DNA of 14,516 nucleotides. It comes from Candidatus Sulfobium sp. GTDB lineage: Bacteria; Nitrospirota; Thermodesulfovibrionia; Thermodesulfovibrionales; UBA6898. Each line of letters opens with the position of its first letter. Within the stretch, counting starts at the first letter, position 1. Below are positions 1-6,432 of this stretch, in pieces. The DNA lies in assembly GCA_037380845.1 (NCBI GenBank), contig JARRRI010000075.1, positions 1 through 14,516 of the forward strand, written 5' to 3'. Both the position numbers and the translations under genes were made by a program. A model generated the notes under the pieces. The model was given only the letters and a program-made list of their open reading frames with translations, made no database searches and had not been told where the DNA came from.

Positions 1-2
1 TC

Positions 3-455
3 ATCGAGGGGGGCGTGGTTAAAGTGGGTCTTAAAAAGTGGATGTCTGTGAAGGTGATCGAGGTGACACAGGGCAACCTGCTTGCGACAAGTATGGTGAT
101 CATGTGGTTTTCAGCCTTCGCATCCGCCATTGTGGACAATATTCCCTATGTTGCTACAATGAACCCGCTCATCATAGATATGGCCCACCAGATATGGCCC
201 CACGAGACGGGACTCCGCCTCCTGCAGCATGCAGACCTAATGCCTCTTTGGTGGTCACTGGCACTGGGGGCATGTCTCGGCGGAAACGGGTCTGCAATAG
301 GCGCCTCGGCGAACGTGATTGTCGTGGGAATATCCGAGAAGGCCGGCAGGAAAATTTCGTTCATGAAATTCGTCCTCTACGGACTGCCGATTATGGTCAT
401 GACGGTTGCGATTGCCATGGCGTATGTCTGGATAAGATATTACGTCCTGCGGTGA
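3..455 (+). CDS. ArsB/NhaD (ion transporter superfamily) permease, C-terminal part; 5' end lies outside the window
   Basis: Frame is open from the window edge (IEGGVVKVGL...). Hydrophobic helices carry the family motifs SAIVDNIPYVATM, LWWSLALGACLGGNGSAIGASANV and ISFMKF. Confidence 0.85.
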   Translation: MEGGVVKVGLKKWMSVKVIEVTQGNLLATSMVIMWFSAFASAIVDNIPYVATMNPLIIDMAHQIWPHETGLRLLQHADLMPLWWSLALGACLGGNGSAIGASANVIVVGISEKAGRKISFMKFVLYGLPIMVMTVAIAMAYVWIRYYVLR

Positions 456-472
456 AAGTTGAGTCAAACATT

Positions 473-502
473 TGGACAGCGGTGCAGCGATATGTATAAA
501 AT
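473..502 (+). promoter_or_regulatory. Possible sigma70-type promoter for acs
   Basis: TGGACA (473-478) is followed by TATAAA (495-500, 16-nt spacer) or TAAAAT (497-502, 18-nt spacer). Pattern match only. Confidence 0.3.
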
Positions 503-593
503 GAAGTGAGATATTCAAAAGAGCGATTAAAGCTGTCTCAGGCTGCAATTATAGATTTGCTCACTTTATAGATGAAAGAGGAGGATGATGCAG

Positions 594-2570
594 ATGGCCG
601 ACACAAAGAATATCGATGTTCTGTTGGCGGAAAAAAGAACCTTCCCGCCGTCAAAAGAATTAAGTGAAAGGGCGCACATAAAGAGTTTTGAGGAGTATGA
701 GAGAATATATGAGCGGTCCGTCGAGGACCCCGATGGCTTCTGGGCCGATATGGCGGAGAAGCAGCTGAGCTGGTACAAGAAATGGGACAGAGTCCTCGAC
801 TACGACTTTGAAAAGCCGGAGATAAAGTGGTTTCAGGGCGGGAAGATCAATGCTTCTTACAACTGTCTGGACCGGCACGTCAGGACTGTCAGGCGTAACA
901 AGGCTGCGATTATATGGGAGTCTGACGACGGTCACTATAAGACCTTCACTTACCAGCAGCTGTATCACGAGGTGAACAGGTTTGCCAATGTTCTGAAGAA
1001 GCATGGGGTGAAAAAAGGTGACCGTGTGACGATTTATCTCCCGATGATCCCTCAGCTTCCCGTTGCCATGCTGGCGTGTGCGAGGATCGGCGCCATACAC
1101 AGCGTGGTTTTCGGCGGTTTCAGCGCCCAGGCGCTGAAAGACAGGATCCAGGACTGCAAGGCGAAGCTGGTTATCACTGCCGACAGGGGAGTCAGAGGAG
1201 GGAGACAGGTTGCGCTGAAGGCCAACGCGGATGTAGCCGTCGAGGAATGCCCGACCGTAGAAAAAGTGATTGTCGTGAGCAGGACCGACGGGGGCATAGA
1301 CATGGAGCCCGGCAGGGATGTGTGGTGGCATGAAGAGTTGAGTGCCCCGGACATTTCGAATTACTGCGAACCCGAGCAGATGGACGCCGAGGACCCCCTT
1401 TTTATCCTGTATACATCGGGTTCCACAGGCAAGCCGAAAGGGGTATTGCATACCACGGGAGGTTATCTGCTTTACGCTGATCTGACCTTTAAATGGATCT
1501 TCGATTATCAGGAAGAGGATATATATTTCTGTACGGCGGACATAGGATGGGTCACGGGACATAGTTACATTGTATACGGCCCCCTGGCTGAAGGGGCCAC
1601 GAGCCTGATGTTCGAGGGTGTCCCGACTTATCCCGATGCCGGGAGGTTCTGGGAGATAGTGGACAAGCATAAGGTCAACATCTTCTACACGGCGCCTACT
1701 GCGATAAGGGCCCTGATGAGGGCGGGAGAAAGTTGGGTCGAAAAGCACGATCTGTCTTCTCTGAGAGTGCTGGGCACGGTGGGCGAGCCCATAAATCCCG
1801 AGGCCTGGATGTGGTACCATCTCCACGTCGGTGGCGGCAGGCTCCCAATAGTGGACACATGGTGGCAGACAGAGACGGGAGGGATCCTGATCACTCCTCT
1901 CCCCGGTGCGATGACGCTCAAGCCGGGTTCCGCCAACCGGCCGTTTCCGGGGGTTGTGCCCGCGGTGCTCAAAGACGACGGCTCTCCGGCGGGAACGGAT
2001 GAAGGCGGATATCTGGTAATCGAGAAGCCCTGGCCGGGAATGTTGAGGGGCACTTTCGGCGACCCTGAGAACCGGCGCATCAAGGAGGTCTATTTTTCGA
2101 GATTCCCCGGCAAGTACCTGAGCGGCGACGGGGCCAGGATCGATTCAGACGGCGACTACTGGTTGATGGGAAGAATAGACGACGTCATCAACATCTCGGG
2201 CCACAGGCTGGGGACCGCCGAGGTGGAGTCGGCGCTTGTCAGCCATGAGGCCGTGGCCGAGGCCGCGGTGGTCGGCTTCCCTCACGATGTTAAAGGGGAG
2301 GGCATATATGTTTATGTGACCCTCAAGGAAGGCGTGGAGCCCTCCGATGAACTGAAGAAGATACTGGTGGGGCATGTCAGGACCGTCATAGGACCGATCG
2401 CAACTCCGGACAAGCTCCAGTTTGCGCCGGGGCTTCCGAAGACGAGGAGCGGAAAGATCATGAGGAGGATACTGAGAAAGATAGCATGGGGCCAGGTAGA
2501 AGAACTTGGCGACACGTCGACCCTCGCCGACCCGTCGGTCGTTGACAGTCTGGTCAAGGAAAGGTTGTAA
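594..2570 (+). CDS. acs: Acetate--CoA ligase (AMP-forming acetyl-CoA synthetase)
   Basis: AMP-binding motif [11 protein letters not shown], plus [44 protein letters not shown] and C-terminal [21 protein letters not shown] at 578-584 best fits the ATG at 594; ATGs at 585 and 588 are in-frame alternatives. Confidence 0.97.
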   Translation: MADTKNIDVLLAEKRTFPPSKELSERAHIKSFEEYERIYERSVEDPDGFWADMAEKQLSWYKKWDRVLDYDFEKPEIKWFQGGKINASYNCLDRHVRTVRRNKAAIIWESDDGHYKTFTYQQLYHEVNRFANVLKKHGVKKGDRVTIYLPMIPQLPVAMLACARIGAIHSVVFGGFSAQALKDRIQDCKAKLVITADRGVRGGRQVALKANADVAVEECPTVEKVIVVSRTDGGIDMEPGRDVWWHEELSAPDISNYCEPEQMDAEDPLFILYTSGSTGKPKGVLHTTGGYLLYADLTFKWIFDYQEEDIYFCTADIGWVTGHSYIVYGPLAEGATSLMFEGVPTYPDAGRFWEIVDKHKVNIFYTAPTAIRALMRAGESWVEKHDLSSLRVLGTVGEPINPEAWMWYHLHVGGGRLPIVDTWWQTETGGILITPLPGAMTLKPGSANRPFPGVVPAVLKDDGSPAGTDEGGYLVIEKPWPGMLRGTFGDPENRRIKEVYFSRFPGKYLSGDGARIDSDGDYWLMGRIDDVINISGHRLGTAEVESALVSHEAVAEAAVVGFPHDVKGEGIYVYVTLKEGVEPSDELKKILVGHVRTVIGPIATPDKLQFAPGLPKTRSGKIMRRILRKIAWGQVEELGDTSTLADPSVVDSLVKERL

Positions 2571-2610
2571 CCCGGGAGGGCAATGAAAAAAAGTGCTTTT
2601 AGCCTTTTTT

Positions 2611-2677
2611 CGTCATTCCCGTGCGGACGGCCAATTACGCAGGGTAGTTTGGATACCCGCCTCCGCGGGTATGACGG
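2611..2677. repeat. REP-like palindromic element (GTCATTCCCG...TGGATACCCGCnnnnGCGGGTATGAC type), left copy degenerate; may also act as the acs terminator
   Basis: Perfect 8-bp stem ATACCCGC (2653-2660) / GCGGGTAT (2665-2672) with a 4-nt loop. Outer inverted arms CGTCATTCCCG (2611-2621) / CGGGTATGACG (2666-2676) have one mismatch. Followed by CTTTTT. Confidence 0.7.
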
Positions 2678-2810
2678 CTTTTTGGACACGGGCTAGAGAC
2701 TTTTTCCGTAGCCTCTGGGACTTCCCAAATGAGCTTGAATATGCCACTTTCTTTTGCGTTAAGACCAGACTACGGGAGAAAAGAATACTGTAACGGCCAG
2801 TTTTTTGTGC

Positions 2811-2842
2811 CCCTTCTTATCTCAAGAGGGGAAGGGGAGTTA
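2811..2842. repeat. Second REP-like hairpin (CCCTTCTT-ATCTC-AAGAGGGG with an AAGGGGAGTTA tail)
   Basis: 8-bp stem 2811-2818 / 2824-2831 with one G-U pair, a 5-nt loop and a purine-rich tail. Resembles CCCCTCTT..AAGAGGGG intergenic repeats (from memory). Confidence 0.5.
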
Positions 2843-2891
2843 TAAGGATCGGGGTGTTAGGGTTCTGACTGTATTGTGAGACTTATAACTT

Positions 2892-3443
2892 ATGGATAAA
2901 TACTTTCTGGACAGGAATGACACTGTTTTAGTGATCGTGGATGTGCAGGAGCGTCTGGCTGCCGTCATGACGCAACGGGAGAAGGTTATCGCCAATTGCC
3001 TTCGCCTTGTCCATGCCGCCGACCTGCTGGGACTGCCCGTTATACTCACTGAGCAGTACCCGAAGGGGCTTGGTCCGACGGTCCGGGAGATAAGAGAAAA
3101 GATTAAGCGGTATGAACCCGTGGAAAAGATTACTTTTGATTGCTGCAGTGAATCTTCTTTCCAGGGAAAGCTGACGGGGAGCGGGAGGAAGAAAGTAATC
3201 CTCGCAGGCATGGAGACCCATGTATGTGTTCTCCAGACCGCCCTGGGACTTATGAGGGACGATTATTCAGTCCATGTTGCCGGGGACGCGGTCTGTTCGA
3301 GAACGAAAGAAAATTTCAGGACGGGGCTGGAATTCATGAGGGACGCCGGAGTGGTTATTTCCTGCACGGAGACTATCCTGTTTCAGCTGCTTGGAATGGC
3401 AGGGACGCCGGAGTTCAAGGTCATCTCCTCCATGATCAAGTAG
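2892..3443 (+). CDS. Isochorismatase-family (cysteine hydrolase, YcaC/ISOC-like) protein
   Basis: VIVDVQERL (catalytic Asp), TEQYPKGLGPT, EKITFDC (Lys), GMETHVCVLQT (catalytic Cys) and DAVCSR. Confidence 0.92.
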   Translation: MDKYFLDRNDTVLVIVDVQERLAAVMTQREKVIANCLRLVHAADLLGLPVILTEQYPKGLGPTVREIREKIKRYEPVEKITFDCCSESSFQGKLTGSGRKKVILAGMETHVCVLQTALGLMRDDYSVHVAGDAVCSRTKENFRTGLEFMRDAGVVISCTETILFQLLGMAGTPEFKVISSMIK

Positions 3444-3661
3444 AAGCACGTCCGGCTGATACACCTTGCCGGAGTGGACGAGCCGGTTTCATAATTTTCG
3501 CCCTGTGCCTTGCATAGAATGTATGAGGCTGTCACCGGGGAGTCCGCACCTTCTAGAAGGCGAAACTCCTTAACGCCATTCGAATGCAAAAAGCATTTAC
3601 TTGACATTTCTCTTGCCAATTTGCTTCTCTTAGGGAACAAAAGCTGCACAGGGGGAAGACT

Positions 3662-4456
3662 ATGAACAAAGGTGTGAAGTGGGGGCTGCTTCTGTCGCTG
3701 GTTGCCATTTTCGTCGCGTCCGCTGTTACTGTGTACGCGCAAGGAGTCAAGAAGAAGAGACGGTTGCCGCATCAATATGGCAATGTCTTCATGGATAACC
3801 ATTCCACCAGGAATAAAGTATCACCGGTAATTTTCAACCACTGGCTTCACAGGGCCAAATACACCTGTCGCCTCTGCCATGTCGACCTGGGTTTTGCGAT
3901 GGAAGCCAATGCAACGGGAGTCAGGGAAGGGGACAATAAGGCGGGATTTTACTGTGGTGCATGCCACAACGGCAAGGAGGCGTTCGGCCCCACCGGCAAG
4001 GACCTCCTGGGGCATGAAAAGAAAAACTGTGACCGATGCCATTCGTACGGGACTGACGTGGCTTTCGAGGAGGATTTTTACAAATTCACCAAAGGGCTTC
4101 CCCGCGGAAGGTTCGGCAACGGGATCGACTGGGAGCGGGCCGAAGAGGAAGGAAAGATAACGTTAAAGGACTATCTCGAAGGGGTATCGATAAAAAGGAA
4201 GCCGTTGGGCACTCCCGAAGACGTGGAAGTGAAATCGCATGTAACCAACATACCCGACATAATCTTTTCTCATAAAAAGCATGCTGTCTGGAACGGCTGC
4301 GAGCTCTGCCATCCCGATATCTTCGGTGTCAGGAAAGGCGTTACTACGTACACTATGACCGACATATTTGCGGGCAAATACTGTGGCGTCTGTCATGACA
4401 AAGTGGCATTTCCGAACATAGACTGCCAGCGCTGTCATACAAAACCTGTGTACTGA
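3662..4456 (+). CDS. Secreted hexaheme c-type cytochrome with two c7-type triheme domains
   Basis: Signal peptide ending VYA|Q. Six CxxCH motifs (CRLCH, CGACH, CDRCH, CELCH, CGVCH, CQRCH) in two sets of three, each set preceded by FxHxxH. SD-like AGGGGAAG upstream. Confidence 0.92.
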   Translation: MNKGVKWGLLLSLVAIFVASAVTVYAQGVKKKRRLPHQYGNVFMDNHSTRNKVSPVIFNHWLHRAKYTCRLCHVDLGFAMEANATGVREGDNKAGFYCGACHNGKEAFGPTGKDLLGHEKKNCDRCHSYGTDVAFEEDFYKFTKGLPRGRFGNGIDWERAEEEGKITLKDYLEGVSIKRKPLGTPEDVEVKSHVTNIPDIIFSHKKHAVWNGCELCHPDIFGVRKGVTTYTMTDIFAGKYCGVCHDKVAFPNIDCQRCHTKPVY

Positions 4457-4463
4457 GGGGCGT

Positions 4464-5222
4464 ATGGTGAGGGGAAAGATATTCTTTGCGGCATTAGTGA
4501 CGACAGGTCTCCTTTTGGGAATGAACGCAGCGGCGAGAGCCGATTTCTACGACCTGCCCCCCCTGCCGCCGCCAGAGCAATACGGCAATGTTCTCATGGA
4601 CAGAACCTCCACTGCTTACGGAATGAAGGCTGTAGTGTTCTCTCACTGGTTCCACCGGACCAATTATACCTGCAGGGTCTGCCATCTTGAGCTCGAATTT
4701 GGCTTCCGGACCGGCAGCTCTGAAATCACTGAAAAAGCGAACCGCGAGGGCAGGTTCTGCGGGGCGTGTCACAATGGGAAAACGGCTTTCGGTCATACGA
4801 AGGAAAACTGTGAGAGGTGTCACAGTGGCGGCGACTTTTACGGTGCCGATAAGTTTGAGGGATTATTATCATCTCTTCCTGGAGCGGAGTTCGGAAACAA
4901 GATCAATTGGGTCGCCGCGCTGGCAGATGGATTGATCAAACCGAAAGACAGTCTGATGGACGATTACCAGCCCATGGAGTTCGAAAAAACTCTCAAACTT
5001 GCAGCCGAAGGATGGAGCAGCATACGCCCTGCAGTATTTTCCCATAAGGCCCACGGCCGCTGGCTTGACTGCGCAAACTGTCATCCCGACATCTTCAATA
5101 TCAAGAAGAAGACGACGAAGCATTTTTCGATGGCGAGAATGGAAAAAAAGGAATTCTGCGGGGCTTGTCACCTTACTGTGGCATTTCCACTCGACGATTG
5201 TAAAAGGTGCCATAAGAGATGA
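4464..5222 (+). CDS. Secreted hexaheme c-type cytochrome with two c7-type triheme domains, paralog of the upstream gene
   Basis: Signal peptide ending ARA|D. Six CxxCH motifs (CRVCH, CGACH, CERCH, CANCH, CGACH, CKRCH), with FSHWFH and FSHKAH. Starts 7 bp after the previous stop, with SD GAGGGG. Confidence 0.92.
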   Translation: MVRGKIFFAALVTTGLLLGMNAAARADFYDLPPLPPPEQYGNVLMDRTSTAYGMKAVVFSHWFHRTNYTCRVCHLELEFGFRTGSSEITEKANREGRFCGACHNGKTAFGHTKENCERCHSGGDFYGADKFEGLLSSLPGAEFGNKINWVAALADGLIKPKDSLMDDYQPMEFEKTLKLAAEGWSSIRPAVFSHKAHGRWLDCANCHPDIFNIKKKTTKHFSMARMEKKEFCGACHLTVAFPLDDCKRCHKR

Positions 5223-5384
5223 CCACGCTAATGCAGGGGAGGGTTGTAGGAAGAGATATCCTGGGATGCCGATCAATTTGTCATGGCAGACAGGTGCAGT
5301 AAGCGATGGCGAAAGAGTAGGCATTGTTTGTAATTTCTCCTGAACTGGGAATAATAGGGGTAATTTTTTTGTGTTGAGGGGTTC

Positions 5385-5714
5385 ATGAAAAAAACATACG
5401 GTATATTTCTAGTCGTGCTAGCCGTTTCGCTGATTTTCCTGAGCGGTCTTGATTTTGATGGAATGGTGGGTCTCGGCGCCCAGGTCGCTTACGCGGAGGA
5501 AGGGTGGAAAAAGGAATTTAATGACATTTGCTCCAGGACTCAGGATGCCATGTCGTACGACAGAGATGAATTGACTAACATCGTTGAACGATGTGATAAA
5601 TTGAAGCCTCTGATCGAAAAACTGGGTGATACCCAAAGGAGACTTTACCTGAAGAGACTTCAGATGTGCAGGGACCTTTTCGTCTATGCTCTGGAACTGA
5701 AAACGGAGAAGTAG
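5385..5714 (+). CDS. Small secreted hypothetical protein, predicted helical, three Cys, no heme motif
   Basis: MKK plus a hydrophobic stretch and an AYA|EE cleavage motif. SD GAGGGG. Amphipathic helical pattern WKKEFNDICSRT...RCDKLKP...LQMCRDLF. Confidence 0.75.
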   Translation: MKKTYGIFLVVLAVSLIFLSGLDFDGMVGLGAQVAYAEEGWKKEFNDICSRTQDAMSYDRDELTNIVERCDKLKPLIEKLGDTQRRLYLKRLQMCRDLFVYALELKTEK

Positions 5715-5746
5715 TCGGCCCTTTTTCTAATTCACGTCTTCTTTCG

Positions 5747-5963
5747 CTGACGGGGGGGACACAGGTCAGTCGGAAAACGAGTAGTTTGTCCCTTATTACA
5801 GTTCCACAGGTGTTAACTTCCGTCAGTAAGCGCGGTCTCTTTGCATCGGCTCGGTTGATGGTGGACCGGCTATTGCGGTCTTCTGGGCAGGAACAGCTTC
5901 TTTGATTAGTGTTACTTCTGACTGAAAGTCAGCAGTTATCGACCGATGCAACTCACCGAGACC
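5747..5963 (+). other. Hairpin-rich non-coding tract (candidate structured RNA or MITE-like debris; unassigned)
   Basis: Pairings found by eye: CTGACGG 5747-5753 / CCGTCAG 5820-5826; GGGGGACA 5754-5761 / TGTCCCTT 5787-5794; GGTCTC 5834-5839 / GAGACC 5958-5963; TTGCATCGG 5841-5849 / CCGATGCAA 5943-5951; GACCG 5864-5868 / CGGTC 5876-5880; CTGACT 5918-5923 / AGTCAG 5927-5932. G-U pairs favour the + strand. Confidence 0.35.
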
Positions 5964-6088
5964 TTGTCCTGTAACATGCGCGGCGCCAGGGCCACAATAA
6001 ATATTTGCTTCAGTCGGTCTTGGCCTTTCCCGTCGTTGAGATCTCCGACAGTTGCTTCTGGTAATCAATGGGCTGAAGGCACTAAGGG

Positions 6089-6262
6089 CTAGGAAGAGTT
6101 TTGTCCCGAACTCTGCGGCCGCCGGGATCGACAAAATAGATCGCCTCTGGAGGCTCCGCCAATACTTATGTCAAGAAGTTTTACTGACTCATGAAATAAA
6201 GTCTTTACAGTGACACCCATGCCAACAACAACAGACCTCGGGTATTTTCTTATCCCCGGCAT
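6089..6262 (-). pseudogene. Truncated PilZ-domain gene (N-terminal ~38 aa, then out-of-family sequence; 57 codons)
   Basis: Manual translation gives MPGIRKYPRSVVVGMGVTVKTLFHESVKLLDISIGGASRGDLFCRSRRPQSSGQNSS*. It has both PilZ c-di-GMP-binding signatures, RxxxR (RKYPR) and (D/N)xSxxG (DISIGG), at normal spacing. SD AGGA lies 5 nt before the ATG. Below the ORF-track length cutoff. Confidence 0.7.
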
Positions 6263-6432
6263 ATCTTTCCTATTGGTAGAAAGTTTGAATTCCTATGAGA
6301 ATTGTATGAAAAAGAAAGAGATCAAAGATTGGAAAAACACTACTTAGGTAGGATAGATTGTTTCCAATGGTTTGGTAATAATACTACTAATAGCATTCAA
6401 ATCTATTTGAAACCATAGGACGGGGGGCAAAA
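6263..6432. promoter_or_regulatory. AT-rich divergent promoter region with palindromic candidate operator sites
   Basis: TTCAAAT-CT-ATTTGAA (6396-6411); ATTGGAAA (6328-6335) / TTTCCAAT (6361-6368) enclosing CTAC-TTAG-GTAG. Lies between divergent ATGs at 6262 (-) and 6433 (+). Confidence 0.4.

Noticed and set aside
660..1826. Long 388-aa antisense ORF and other shadow ORFs over acs and the right-hand operon
   Set aside because: They lie opposite or within well-supported genes, carry no motifs, and are expected in GC-rich coding DNA.
2593..2793. 66-aa ORF containing WIPASAGMT
   Set aside because: The peptide is the translation of the REP-like palindrome. There is no convincing SD or protein-like composition.
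3601..3630. Perfect TTGACA upstream of the cytochrome genes, also resembling a sigma54 site (TTGACA-N6-TTGC)
   Set aside because: There is no -10 element at 16-18 nt, and the invariant -24 GG of sigma54 sites is GA here.
5745..5833. Partial resemblance to c-di-AMP (ydaO) or ZTP riboswitch words (CGCTGA, GGGGGAC, CCGTCAG, ACTGACGGAAG)
   Set aside because: The remaining conserved core segments of both classes are missing, and the tract is not in a 5' leader of a plausible gene.
5981..6024. AGGGCCACnnTAAATAnTTGCTTnAG resembles a pistol ribozyme sequence; GCGCCAGG resembles the glmS ribozyme start
   Set aside because: Pistol P1 and the pseudoknot partner are not in the required arrangement, and the glmS GACGAGG core is absent.
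6024..6055. Minus-strand GCAACTGTCG...CGACGGGAAAGG resembling a cobalamin riboswitch subdomain
   Set aside because: There is no B12 box or upstream GGGAA/CGGTG core, and no B12-related gene downstream.
5823..6134. 103-aa minus-strand ORF and 79-aa plus-strand ORF (5666-5905) in the intergenic tract
   Set aside because: Neither has a recognisable domain or SD; they have weak or overlapping starts.
6141..6161. CTCCGCCA resembling a tRNA/tmRNA 3' end (possible att site)
   Set aside because: There is no T-arm (TTCGA) or acceptor pairing. The bases encode IGGA of the PilZ motif on the minus strand.
6169..6182. TGTCAAGAA shared with the IS256 terminal repeat
   Set aside because: The match is only 9 nt, in the same rather than inverted orientation, and explained by the PilZ codons LLDI.
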